From NCBI GenBank assembly GCA_048213135.1, contig PS015049.1, positions 128,422 to 192,421 on the forward strand: DNA of 64,000 nucleotides, in the 5' to 3' direction. The notes beneath the pieces are model-generated. The model had not been told where the DNA came from, searched no databases, and saw only the letters and a program-made list of their open reading frames with translations. How positions within the stretch are numbered: the first letter of the stretch is position 1; each line of letters starts with the position of its first letter. Below, one piece after another: positions 1 to 12,872 of this stretch. The position numbers and the translations under genes are program-made. The stretch is from Reclinomonas americana ATCC 50394 (Eukaryota).

Positions 1-1241
1 CGCTGCAAGACGTGTCAAGACCGAGTTTCTGGTGCAGGTGAGTGTGAGGGTGTGGGGGGAGGGGAAGGGTGGAAAGAGAGAGAAAGCAGGAAGGATCTGG
101 ATATTGTGGGTGTTTGACTGATGCCTCATGGATCATGTTTCTATGCGTTTCTGAGGCTGTCCTCATTAGAGTCCTGTCTGTGTGCGTGTGTCTGCGTGTG
201 CTTGGAGTTTGTGCGTGGTGATTTGTGTGTCGTGTGACTTCATGTGGTGTCTTGTGTACGGACGCACATCATTTGATTTGCGGCTGTCGTGTGTTCACCC
301 CTCCCATGTGTATGTGCTTCGAAACATGTGGGTGTTTGTTTGCTGTCGTGTGTTTCATCTGGGATCGCGTCCCTGGGGTTTGTGGGTGCTTGGCTGATGT
401 TTATGTGGCGAACATCTGCGTTAGCGTTCTTTCGATCTTTGCTTCCCTCTCTCATCACCCTTCCCATCGTAACTTACACTCATCATCCTAAATCTCGAAC
501 CCCCATTCCTTCAAGCGCACATTCGGTCCTCCATCGCTCCTCTCCCCTCTCTTTCCCATTCATTCTTCCCCTCATCACCCTTTCCCTTGTCTCATCACCC
601 TTCCCCCTTCTTCCCCTCGTAGATGCAAGGTGTCGGCAAAACCAACGACGGCGTGCTGGTACTGGGCGCCACCAACCTGCCATACGACCTCGACCCGGCC
701 ATCAGGCGTCGTTTCGAGCGACGTATTTACATTCCGCTGCCCGATCACCGCGCCCGCATGCGCATGTTCGAGATCCACATTGGGAGCACACCACACACGC
801 TGAACATGGAGGATCTGGAGCGCTTGTCGGAGATGTCGGAGGGGTACTCGGGTTCCGATATCTCCGTGCTCGTGCGCAACGCGTTGATGGAGCCCATCCG
901 CACGTGCCGAGTGGCCACACACTTCAAGCGTGTCGACTGCCCCGATCCCGCCAACCCCTCGGTGATGCTGCGCGGCAAGTACGTGCCGTGTTCGCCGGGC
1001 GATCCGCAAGGCACCGAAATGACATTGATGCAAGTGCCACCAGCGGATCTGTTGTGCCCGCCCGTCTCCATGGTTTGGTTCTCCTTCTCCTCTTTCTTCT
1101 TCTTCTTCTTCTTCTTCTGTGCCTCACCGCGCAATGCAGGACGACTTCCTGAAAGCGGTTCGTACCGCCAGACCCTCGGTCAGTGCGAAGGACATTGAGT
1201 TGCACGATCGGTTCACGGAGGAGTTTGGCCAGGAGAGCTGA
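1..1241 (+). CDS. VPS4: AAA ATPase VPS4 (ESCRT-III disassembly), 3' part; exons <1-37, 623-1072, 1140-1241
   Basis: Spliced translation ...ARRVKTEFLVQ|MQGVG...VLVLGATNLPYDLDPAIRRRFERRIYIPLP...GYSGSDI...ALMEPIR...PCSPGDP...|DDFLKAVRTARPSVS...FTEEFGQES* matches the VPS4 SRH, beta-domain and C-terminal helix. Both introns are GT-AG and in frame. Confidence 0.96.
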
Positions 1242-2682
1242 GCACGCACGACGCGGAAAAGAGAAAACCTGTTTGACTGCTGTTTGTTTGAGGATGAAGA
1301 CAATCGTGTACAGATTCGTGGGCAGAGTGGCAAGTGGGTTTTTCTTGACTTTACTTATTGATAGTCGACATGCGCTCGGGAAACGCAACTACTGCCCGCG
1401 GCTGCAGAGCAACATCACACGGGTATTGCGGTAGATGCGTCGCCCTGTGCGACGACGTAACGAAGAGCGGAGAACGACAGACGCAAACACAGGAGAGAGA
1501 GAGAGAGAGACTGACAGACAAACTTAACACGACGAGGAGCGCGCGCACGCACACAACAAAAAAACAAACACACACACACACTCAGAGACACACGAAGAAC
1601 GCGACTGACCATCCACGCACAACACGCGCCACGGACAGATTGATGCGCCACAGCGAAAATCCGCGAACGAGCTTGTGCCGATCGATGCCTTGACGTGGGT
1701 GGGGGGGTCGAGGATCCTCTCCCACAACCACAACCACCACGCAAATGCCGCAACAACACACANNNNNNNNNNNNNNNNNNNNNNNNNNNNNNNNNNNNNN
1801 NNNNNNNNNNNNNNNNNNNNNNNNNNNNNNNNNNNNNNNNNNNNNNNNNNNNNNNNNNNNNNNNNNNNNNNNNNNNNNNNNNNNNNNNNNNNNNNNNNNN
1901 NNNNNNNNNNNNNNNNNNNNNNNNNNNNNNNNNNNNNNNNNNNNNNNNNNNNNNNNNNNNNNNNNNNNNNNNNNNNNNNNNNNNNNNNNNNNNNNNNNNN
2001 NNNNNNNNNNNNNNNNNNNNNNNNNNNNNNNNNNNNNNNNNNNNNNNNNNNNNNNNNNNNNNNNNNNNNNNNNNNNNNNNNNNNNNNNNNNNNNNNNNNN
2101 NNNNNNNNNNNNNNNNNNNNNNNNNNNNNNNNNNNNNNNNNNNNNNNNNNNNNNNNNNNNNNNNNNNNNNNNNNNNNNNNNNNNNNNNNNNNNNNNNNNN
2201 NNNNNNNNNNNNNNNNNNNNNNNNNNNNNNNNNNNNNNNNNNNNNNNNNNNNNNNNNNNNNNNNNNNNNNNNNNNNNNNNNNNNNNNNNNNNNNNNNNNN
2301 NNNNNNNNNNNNNNNNNNNNNNNNNNNNNNNNNNNNNNNNNNNNNNNNNNNNNNNNNNNNNNNNNNNNNNNNNNNNNNNNNNNNNNNNNNNNNNNNNNNN
2401 NNNNNNNNNNNNNNNNNNNNNNNNNNNNNNNNNNNNNNNNNNNNNNNNNNNNNNNNNNNNNNNNNNNNNNNNNNNNNNNNNNNNNNNNNNNNNNNNNNNN
2501 NNNNNNNNNNNNNNNNNNNNNNNNNNNNNNNNNNNNNNNNNNNNNNNNNNNNNNNNNNNNNNNNNNNNNNNNNNNNNNNNNNNNNNNNNNNNNNNNNNNN
2601 NNNNNNNNNNNNNNNGCCCTCCTCTTTTTTTCTCTCTTTCTTCTTCTTCTTCTTCTCACTTGCTGCTCCTCACCCGCCACAG

Positions 2683-3012
2683 GCCTCGGGCAGTGGCATT
2701 TTTGAGGACAGTGCCCCGCTGGTTCCGGGTGCGACCGACACGCGGCTGTTCCTGCACCGACTCGCCCTCAAGTATTGCTGGTCGGCGCGTGGCCTGCAGC
2801 ACGTGTGCCAGGTGTTGGTGGAAGAGGAGGGCTGGTCCGACATGAATCTGTTTGTCGCCAACCTGGACATGGCCCTGCAACGGTGCGAGGCCAGACTCGG
2901 TGCCGGGTACGCGCTCGTTGTGCGTGAAGGTGTGCACCAGATGAGTGCCGGCAGTGGGCTGGCGGAGCTGTCTTCAGCAGCCAGTGCAGCTGCCATGGTC
3001 ACCGTAGACTAA
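2683..3012 (+). CDS. Terminal exon of a hypothetical protein (upstream exons probably in the N gap)
   Basis: Pyrimidine tract and CAG acceptor followed by a 109-codon GC3-rich frame ending in TAA. No family recognised. Confidence 0.55.
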   Translation, partial: ASGSGIFEDSAPLVPGATDTRLFLHRLALKYCWSARGLQHVCQVLVEEEGWSDMNLFVANLDMALQRCEARLGAGYALVVREGVHQMSAGSGLAELSSAASAAAMVTVD

Positions 3013-3279
3013 TATGTTGGCGTGTGGGGTGGTGGTGGTGGTGGTCCTTGGGGACCAAAAAAAAAGAAACAATTCTGTGTGTGTGTGTGTGTGTGTGTGT
3101 CTGTGCCCGTGCTATGCCGGGACACACGTTGCGATGCATTCCTAATCTCTGTGCTTCTCTGCGATCTATCCATAACCTATTTTGTCTCCTTTCCTATCGC
3201 TCTTTCTCTCGTTTTTTCTTGAGCAGTGTGGCGCGCCTCAAGTATGTGTGTGTGTGTGNNNNNNNNNNNNNNNNNNNNG

Positions 3280-6200
3280 GAAGCCCAGACCTGACCACTG
3301 CGCGTCACGCGCACCGTGGACGCCATGCCACCGCCATTCAGACCGGCAGCGCGATGTCGCTTCATCGGCACATACAGCGAGCCGTCGCGATCGCTCTCGT
3401 TGCCCGAGTCGTTGGCGGCCGACGCCAAGGCCGCGGCGTGCGCAGCCGCAGCCGCAGCCGGATTGCTGCCGGAGGCGCGCTTCTTGCCGCTGGACCCCGT
3501 GTCTTCTTGCGACCGCTCGTCGGCGGCGATGTCAGCGTCGTTGGTGTGGCGCCAGGCACCGAGGCCACGCCGAGCGGTGGCAAATGCGGCAGCGCACTCG
3601 CCGTTGGTGAGGTGAATGAGGAGGACGACGAACCGCCGCCAACCGACGACGACAAGCCAGGCATCTGCGAGCCCAGGAAGCTGGCCGCCGACGCCACGCC
3701 GGTGGGGGTGGCTCGAGCATTGGTCATGTTGGAGAGTACCATGGCGGTGGCGGCCGGCGTCGACGGCAGTGGNNNNNNNNNNNNNNNNNNNNNNNNNNNN
3801 NNNNNNNNNNNNNNNNNNNNNNNNNNNNNNNNNNNNNNNNNNNNNNNNNNNNNNNNNNNNNNNNNNNNNNNNNNNNNNNNNNNNNNNNNNNNNNNNNNNN
3901 NNNNNNNNNNNNNNNNNNNNNNNNNNNNNNNNNNNNNNNNNNNNNNNNNNNNNNNNNNNNNNNNNNNNNNNNNNNNNNNNNNNNNNNNNNNNNNNNNNNN
4001 NNNNNNNNNNNNNNNNNNNNNNNNNNNNNNNNNNNNNNNNNNNNNNNNNNNNNNNNNNNNNNNNNNNNNNNNNNNNNNNNNNNNNNNNNNNNNNNNNNNN
4101 NNNNNNNNNNNNNNNNNNNNNNNNNNNNNNNNNNNNNNNNNNNNNNNNNNNNNNNNNNNNNNNNNNNNNNNNNNNNNNNNNNNNNNNNNNNNNNNNNNNN
4201 NNNNNNNNNNNNNNNNNNNNNNNNNNNNNNNNNNNNNNNNNNNNNNNNNNNNNNNNNNNNNNNNNNNNNNNNNNNNNNNNNNNNNNNNNNNNNNNNNNNN
4301 NNNNNNNNNNNNNNNNNNNNNNNNNNNNNNNNNNNNNNNNNNNNNNNNNNNNNNNNNNNNNNNNNNNNNNNNNNNNNNNNNNNNNNNNNNNNNNNNNNNN
4401 NNNNNNNNNNNNNNNNNNNNNNNNNNNNNNNNNNNNNNNNNNNNNNNNNNNNNNNNNNNNNNNTGGGAAGGACGAGTCGGAATCCGAGTCGATGCCATCT
4501 CCCTGCTGGGCAATGGCCGCCGCTGCACGGCTCTTGGACTGGCGTTTCGGCAAGCGACCAGAGGCGGCCGGGCCGAGACCCAGCGTCATCGAGGGCGCAC
4601 GCTGCTTCTTGGTGGAGCTGCTGACATTGTTTGGTGATGGAGCCGTCTGTGGACAACTCGAGTCAGTGCCAAGTGAAGAAATGAAACGACATCAGATTCC
4701 CCTCGGCGACGACAAGTAGACAACTGACAGCAACTCCCCTCTATCACACCTCCCCCATGTCTCGCGCACAGCAGTTGGGGGCAAGAGAGAGAGTTAGAGA
4801 GAGAGAATGGAGGATCACTGTTGTGATGCGAAATTGCAATCGGACACGATTGCAAGACGACTTCTCTGCCTGCGTCGGGGCGAGATGTGCGACCCCCACA
4901 GCAAGACAACTATCCACGCCTACTCTCCCCGCCTCAACTCATCGCAACTGCCCCACTCGGTGCGTGTCGGATAAATACACCCAAATGCACAAGTGGTTTG
5001 TACGTCACATGTGCGCGCGTCCCCTCATTCTCTCCCGCCCGCGCCTTCCCCCTCCCCAGGGAATCTGCACACGCAACTTGCCGCGACGGTGTGTTCTTGA
5101 GCTGTGTCAGCGACGCCATGGCCTCCAGGTCGCTGGTGGTGATCGACTGCGCGTGTCGATACGGGGAAAACGTCGCCGCCACCACGTTCGCCGCCTCGAG
5201 CACATCGGGATCGTGCTGCATCATAAACGCCGGCGACGCGGAGGACGAGACCGACATGTTGATAGTGCCGCCGGCTAGCATCGCAGTGGCCGAGGGCGAT
5301 GCAGAAGGAGGCTGCATGACGGGTCGAGCCGGAGGCGATCCGCCATTGCGGAGTTGCGTGGCGTAGCGTTGCGCGTACGAGATCAACTCGCCGAGCGTGT
5401 CGTGCGAGATGACCTCGACACGCGCCCCTCCACTGCCGCCCTTGCGAACCACAATGCTGCAGACGGAGAAGAAAGGAGCGTCAAAAACACGCGCGCACAA
5501 TGCCACGAATGATCAACCCGAGATTCCCCCACGCTCTCTCGGGTATTTCGACCACGCACCAGTTCTCGTTCTTGAGCTTCTCGCGCAGCGTCAGCGACAG
5601 GTCCTTGTACTGAATGAACTTGGTGTTGACCGATGTCGATGTGGCGATGCTCTGCAGCTCCTGCGCCGCACGTTCCCACTCACTCGCCGAATCGAGCCCA
5701 CCAAATTGTTGCGCTGCAGAAAAACATGCAAAACACACGTTGCCTACAAGTCAGCTCAATCATGATCGCAACTTGCACACACCAAGAAGGAGGAAGGGCA
5801 GTACACATAAAAGTGACGCTAAACAGAACCAAAATGCACATCAGTGACATCAGCTGACACTCACAGACACACACAGACACGCAACACACGCGATGCTCGA
5901 CATGCGCACAACACGCAAAAAGCGACACAAACACAAAGTCAAAAGAGAAAGAGAGCATCGGAACTTGTGAGGAAATGCAACTCGAATATCAAACACGGCG
6001 AAACGAGGCACGTGAGAAAGACACACACAGGAGCAACACATGCACACGCACGCGAGAGAACCGAGCGCGTTTGTGTGCTTTTTTGTGTGTTTGCACCAGA
6101 GATCATGGTGGACATCTCGCGACGCACTCTTTTTTGTGTTTGCCCACACACACACGCACGTGTGCGATGCAAAACGCTCTTGTGTAAAGGGGAGTAAACG

Positions 6201-6754
6201 CACCTCTTCTGCGCGAGCCTCCACTCGGCTGCGGCATGTCGTAGTCGTCGGCGCCGGCGTCCGCATCGTCACTGCGCGTTGTCTGTGTGTGTGTTAAGGC
6301 GCACCTCAAGTGTGTGAGTCGTCGGGAGAATTTGACTGGGCGTTTGTGTGTGCTTGCGCGCAACATCAAAGTGCTGGTGGTGCATGTGCGTGCGAGGGCG
6401 CAGGTCGAACTCGGCCAGCACGACGGCCTGGCGTGGGTCGAGTGGTGGAAGTGGAGGCAGTGGCGATGCGCGATCGTCTGCCAACACCGACACCCCGCTG
6501 TTCACGGCTGCTGCTGGTGGAGGTGGAGGCGGAGGCGGTTGTTGTTGTGTAGAGGCAGAGGCGGCAGCGCTGTTTGCGGCGTTGATGAATGCCATGATGG
6601 CGGGTGAAGGCTGCATTTGGTGCAGGAGGCCCGTAGTTGGAGGCGAGTGGCCAGTCACCAGCATGCCTGCGGTTGTGGTGGTAGTGGAGGAGTGGGAGTG
6701 GTGGTGTGATGGAAGCGTTGAAAGGCCGGGGTCCGAGGAGCTCGCCATGCTCAT
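3280..6754 (-). CDS. Multi-exon hypothetical low-complexity protein (Q/P/A/S-rich, basic KKR patches); possibly nuclear; both ends uncertain
   Basis: Phase-compatible exons near 6754-6365, 6282-6204, 6127-6096, 5713-5560 and 5457-5090, plus coding-like segments either side of the 3773-4463 gap. No domain recognised. Confidence 0.5.
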
Positions 6755-7018
6755 CGCCTACACACACACAAACGCGCGCACACACACGTACACCGCCGAT
6801 CGCTCTGTGGCAAAGTGAGTGCGTGGGATCGGTGTGCGGACTGTGTGTGTGGTGCGGTGCACTCACCAAAACGAAGAGGAAACCAACAGACAAAGGGTGG
6901 GACGGACAGTGACGGTCAACTGCGGGTTTCGTTTGCCGTCAATGCGCCCCGTTCAACACACAAATGCGATCGATGCCGTGGACAACTCGACGTGAGCGAG
7001 CATCGGAAAAATAAAATT

Positions 7019-10000
7019 TCATTTTGCGTTTCCCGTCGCCGGATCGTAATGCGCCACCTCGGGCTCCCGCTGCAGCCGCAACCTCCCTTCTTCTTCTTCC
7101 TCCCACACCTCCACCGTCAGCACACCGCGCTCGGCCTGATCGTCGGACCGCACCACACGCCACGGTCGGCCGTTGCGTGCGATGCGCACCGGCACGCCGG
7201 TCAGTAGGCCGCGACCATTGTCGACGCGCAACGAGTACGCCAGCGGAGCGACGAATTCGGCTCCGTGTAGTGCCCGCTGATCAAAGGCCCACCAGCTGCC
7301 TTCGTCGGCGCGGTCGTGCAGCGTGACCGAGGCCAGGTGCTCGCGGCTGGTGCGCAAGCGGACGTGCAGGAGGAGGCCACCGCGACGGGCGCGCAGACAA
7401 CAAAAGCCCGGCGGCGCGTGTGGCGGCGTCGGTTCCAGTATCCACTCGCTGCCGTCGCTCGGAGCGCCGCCCTCGTCCAGTTGCACCAGAGCCGTCTCGT
7501 CCAACTTGCTGCGCGCCTTGGACTGCCGCACGTGCAGGTAGCGACCGGTGAGCACATTCCGTACGACCACGACCATTTTCTCGTCCTCCGACGACGCGGA
7601 TGGTGCATGACGCAGCGGTGCCTCTATCGCCCACTGACCGGCGCCGCCAATGGTGCACACGGCGGCGTCGTTGACGTCGGCGTGCGCCACGTCCATCTGA
7701 TCGCGACCCAGATCCACTCCCGTGCTGGTCACGGTTCGCGCCACGCCGACCAGCGCACGCTGCTCGCGCGCACAGCGCAAGGCACACACGGCACCCATTT
7801 CCAAGTAGCCGTGCACACGGATGCTGAGCGCGAAGGCGTCGAGACACCACATCTCGTCGTGGCAGCGCAGTTCGCCAGCGCGCGCCAAGTAAATGTGCGG
7901 CGTGACCTCGGCGCGCCCGTCGGGACGATGTCGGAGGCTGATGTGAAAGTGCGGACCACACAGTCGGCCGTTGCCCCAGTCGTCGTGCAGAGGATTGTTC
8001 GCCTCGAAGCCCATGAGCTTGACGCGCCCGACCACGGTGGGGGTGACCCAGTTGGAGTCTAGCAGCGCCTCTCGCACGGCAAACATCCAACTGTGAGCGG
8101 CCGCGGCCTGCACGGCCAGTGCCTGTGCGTCGTTGTTTCGCAACGCGCCGTATCCACCGGCCGCGCGCGGCGCCCACCACGGTTCCGCCGGCGTGCGATG
8201 CGCCACAAAGTGCTCCACTCGCGTGACAATGTCGGCCGCATTCTCGCGCAACATTGTGTGCACCTCCACCGCTCCCCACGGTCCTCGGTAGGACGGAGCG
8301 CGTGGCGGTCGCCCGCTCAGTAGCAGCGGTACACTCGCCTCGACCCAACCGTCTTCGCCATTCGGCGTCAAGTGCACCGACGTGCGCTGCCGATACTCGG
8401 GTCCACTGCTCCACACCAACTGCAGCGGCTCGTCGTTCCACCGCAGACGAATGTTGGCGATGGCCGCGTCGTGGCGGAACCCGACGAGGAAGAACACCAG
8501 TTCGTGGTCCGAAAGAATGGCGTACTGAAAGGCCGAGGCGCGGAGTGTGGCGGCGTCGGGGAGGCGCGAGACGAGATTGCGGTCGGCGAGGAACAGGCGC
8601 AGGGAGTGTGTGTCGATGACTTCGATTTCGGGGCCGTCAGTGTCGGGATCTGCGGGTGGGGCAGCGGCGGCGGCGGCGGCTGCAGAAGTGGTGGTGGTGC
8701 TGGGGCGGATCACGCGACAGCATTGCCAGTGGACGCTGGGCGGAGGGAGAGCGAGGGGTGAGGGAGGAAGAAGGAGAGGAGAAGGTGAACCATGTAGAGA
8801 GAGGCACGCAACTCCGCATCGGTGAATCCTGGCGGAGAGAGAACCTGTCGCACAGGAAGCGGTGAGTGCTATCACTTGAATTGGCCTGTGCGTCGCATCA
8901 CATGAGACGAGCTCACCAACGGTGAAAACGTCTGCGGGGCAACACAGCACCAGTATCAGTACAAAGCAGAGTCGATCGACGAGACCACAGACGGCAGAGT
9001 ACGCACGGCTTTGTGTGTCGGCGATCCACTGGTGACGTACTCCAACGATGCACCACGCTGCTTCATCACCAGCAGAAAGTTGTACGTGACATCGGCGAGA
9101 ACCTCCGAAGCGATCTCTGAAGAGCAGAGGGTGGGCGCAGGGAGACAACCGCCAGCTCGTCACGGCCACCACCCACGCACCGTGCAACAAGGCCTCGCCC
9201 AGTCCCGTGACACACGCACCATGCGAGACGAGAAGCAGATCGTCGTCGGGGAACGCACGCAGGAGCTCGTTGAGTGTCGCAAGCGACCGGGCGTTGCATT
9301 CATCGGCAGTCTCCGCCGCAAACGGCTTGTCCACAACGCTCATGTCGACTGGCGGCGGCATGTCAGTGACCAACGAATGCCCCTCCACGGAGGGAAAAAG
9401 ATCGCCTCACCGCCAGCCGGAAACGGCGACCACTCGGGCTCGTTGGGCACAGTCGCCGAATCCAGCGTGGGAACACCTTTGCGGAACATCAGAGGCGTAA
9501 GCAACTCCCCAATGCCCTGCGAGCCACACCATGAGTTGTCCGCCAAACAACAAGGATCGATGCAAACAAGCACGCAACTCGCGCCAAGTGTGCACCAATC
9601 ACATGCACATTCGCCGCTGCAGCTTGCCATGAGGACAATGTGCACGAGAAAGAGAGAGAGAGGCTATGAATAGGCGCGCAACGATCGATAGCAGAGAGCA
9701 CGGCAGTGGCGGTGTGTCGTGTGCGCAGGAATGGACTGCAGATGAGACGCAGTGGTCGAGGGGAGGAGGCCTCGTGGTGAGCGGCGAGAAGGGAGCGGAT
9801 GACGTGGCCCATGTGGAGGCTGTGTCTTTCGCCGCGCTCGGTCATGGGAGTGTCGTCTGTCGTGGCAAGAGTGAAGAGTGAGAGCGGGAAGACGAGAGAT
9901 GCATGATGTGCTTGTGTGTGACTGGCGCACATGGGTGTGGTGCCTGGTACTTCCATAGGTGGTCGATGTGGTCGCGTCGCTCTCCGTGGCGGAGGATGAA

Positions 10001-10022
10001 CACCAGGCGGCCGTCGCTCATG
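7019..10022 (-). CDS. Histidine phosphatase (PGM-like) domain joined to a large uncharacterised His-rich domain containing a beta-trefoil-like insert
   Basis: MSDGRLVFILRHGERRD...YDTPMTERG...LICSPFLRTRHTA...GIGELL...LLLVSHGACV carries the RHG, SP-x-x-R and SHG motifs. Short phase-consistent exons connect it to a single 1.7-kb last exon (8735-7019). The link depends on a GTTGCG donor at 8812. Confidence 0.7.
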
Positions 10023-11019
10023 GTGGAATGGACGAGGAAAAAAGATGGGCGAGGACAACAGCGGAAGGGACAAATGGGGTCAGCTTGGCAGACATCAACG
10101 AGCTTCCTCTGGCGGGCACAGCGCGGGGTGGGGTGCTTTCTCGTGATCTGACTGTTGCCTGCGATCGCCAGCGAAGTGCTGCAACAAGGATCGTCGAGTT
10201 CGAAATTGACTCTGCTGACCCGAACATCGACTTCTCGAGCTCCTTACGCGACGCTGCGCCTCGGATGAGTATCACTCTGCTGTGCTGCACAGATTCCGTC
10301 TCAAGGCATCGATCGCTACAACATCACGATCGGGGTTTGAGCGCGATTGATATCGATTTCAATGAGGTGTGCGCTCTGCTGCTGCATCCGGATCCTGCTG
10401 AGTAGCTGCTGGCGTGAGGCTGCACGGAAAGGGCGTTCCACGTGTGCTGCCGTCGATCGAAAACACCGGGTGGGAGGCAGGCTATGCATGGGTGTCGATT
10501 TCACGATCGATATCGCAGCGAGTGAGTTCCACGACAAGCTGCGATCGCGATGCACGTGCGGGAACACCACCCACCCACGCACCAGCACCACCACAGTGTC
10601 TTCCTTGTCGTCGAACTCACGTGCACTGTCGTCGATGAGCGAGAAGCCACTCGTCGAGCCCAAATCACGATCGCGATGGCCATGGAGAGCCCTCTTCTCC
10701 GGGTTGATCCGCTTCGTGTACCGCACGCAACGCACCGGCAGAACCTTGCGAAGAGCGTCCATCTGGTCGCCACGAGTGGTGCAGCTAGTTGTGTCACGCT
10801 CCGCCATGACCATGGCCAAGAAGTTTACACAAGAAACGGCGACGGCGACGGACAACTGGCAGTCGACGTTTGCAGCGTGCTCCACCACCACGCTACTGCT
10901 GCACTTCTACAGTCTCCCACCAACACGCATCGCTTCGCTCCACGCAACTTTGTTTTTTTCCGACACAGCAGGACAAATCAATTTGTTCCGACATTGTCGC
11001 ACGCCAAGACAACCCCACC

Positions 11020-12703
11020 ATGTTTCACGACTCGCCCTCCTCCTCCGACACACAGACACCACCACCTCCGCCTCCACCCCCATCAGGACGCCCTCCCACT
11101 CCACTGGCCCTGCTCTTTGGTCAGCGCGGATCATCGCCCTCTGTGCACTCACCAGCCCCCACTGCCAGTGCCACCGGCCCCGCCACGCCATTCTCCCTGG
11201 CGCACCTTCGCGGTCAATCGCCGGCCGCCACACCGACGCAGAACACCAGTGGAGGTGGGTAATCGTGCACCAATTGAAGTTGTACACCAATCCAGTTTGT
11301 TCATTGGCCGACAATGAAAATGCAGCGGCGGCGGCGGCGGCGGCATCGGCGGCGGCGGCGGCCAATTCAACTCCGTCCTTCTTTCGGCGTGTTCCGCAGA
11401 GGTGAGACGGAAGCCAGAAGAGAGAGAGAGTACAGGAAAATTAGTCAGGAAAGGAGACAAGTCTTCACTTGTGTTGAGTTTCTACAGTACTAGTCTGAAC
11501 TCTTCATCTCGTCTTCTGCTGTTCACTTGCTCAACAATCTTCTCTTGTTACTGTTGCTCTCAATCGACTACGACATCCCCCACGTCGTCACCTCTCTTCT
11601 GGCTCCTCTCCTCCCCCTCTGTCACTCACAACAACCCGTCCTCCTCCTCCATATCCCCTCACCAGCCTCGGCATGCCGCCAACCTCCGTGCCGAAGAACA
11701 GCTTCTTCCTCAACCGCCTCCGTCAGCCCCCGCCCCAGCCGCAGGAGCAGGAGCACGCTGAGGATGAAATGGACGGCGGCGGAGACAGCGACGTCGTGGT
11801 GCCGCAGTCACCCGTGCTGCAACGCGACCAGGTGCCTGTGCAAGTGGCCGCACGCTCTGTCGGCCTGCGCCCACCGATGCAGATCCCCACAACTCGCAAA
11901 CGCACCTCGGGAGACGCCTTCGGCTCCGGCAGCGACAACGAAGACGACGACGACGATGAGTACGACGGAGGTGTCGACGGTGGCGACGACGGCGACGAAG
12001 GCCGTTCGATGGATGGCCGCGGCAGCTACCCCGCCTCGCCGGTCGTCAGCATGCGGGTTGACACGCCGGAAAAGTTGCGTCCGTGGTCGGCAGTCGATTG
12101 TCGACATGCTTCCATGCACTCACCACGTGCAATACGGTGCAGACCGGCCATTCGAGCGCCAGCGCCGCCCAAGAAAGCAGTGCAGCCGCTGCGTCCCACG
12201 TCGGCGCCAGCACCACCGCCGCCTCCGCCTCCGCCGCAACGACGGGTTCCCCAGGCACCGCAGCAGCCTGTGCAGAGAAAGTCGGCACCCGTGGCCGGCA
12301 AACCAGCACCACCGCCACCGCCTCCGCAACAGGTGGTCATTGCCAATAGTGCCACGCGTCAGCGCGAGATGGAGGACGTGGAAGATGCCGCCGGCCAGGC
12401 AAGCACGACTGACACTCCGTGCAACACTCTCACATTTCACCTGACACGATCACGCAGGTGGAACACACTGTCGGTCACATGCGCAAGCAGCAGGCGCAGC
12501 ACAAGCAGGAAGTGCGGGCGTTCCAGAGTCGCCACAATGACCTCTTGCGCTTCGTCGCCGAGTCCAAGGCACAGCTCGTCGAACTGAACAGTGCGTACTC
12601 ACACCTCCATACTCCGCCGCCTCACTCGCTCACTCACCGAAAAACAGTGACCATGGTGCGCCTCGACCGCCGCCTCTTGGCACTCGTGTCCACGGCCCCG
12701 TGA
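11020..12703 (+). CDS. Proline-rich hypothetical protein with a C-terminal coiled coil (5 exons; one GC-AG intron)
   Basis: MFHDSPSSSDTQTPPPPP...; introns start at about 11255, 11402, 12399 (GC) and 12591 and all preserve frame. C-terminal heptad-like segment VEHTVGHMRKQQAQHKQEV...LVELN. Confidence 0.6.
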
Positions 12704-12872
12704 TCACCAACGGCGACAGAAGAATGCAAGAAAAGAGCAGAACAAGTACACACACGCACACACACGTCCTACAAGATACCAACAACACACATTCACTGTT
12801 TCACACACACACAGACGTACACCTATTATCACACCGAGAAGGAAAAAAACATCCAGTCACAACTACAATATT

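Noticed and set aside
1415-3012. Long ORFs containing X runs (also around 3.8-4.5, 19.3, 23.1, 30.6, 38.9, 51.6 and 62.2 kb)
   Set aside because: These are artefacts of translating through N gaps.
10023-10900. Overlapping coding-like ORFs on both strands
   Set aside because: I could not build a consistent spliced model or recognise a domain. A small gene may exist but is unsupported.
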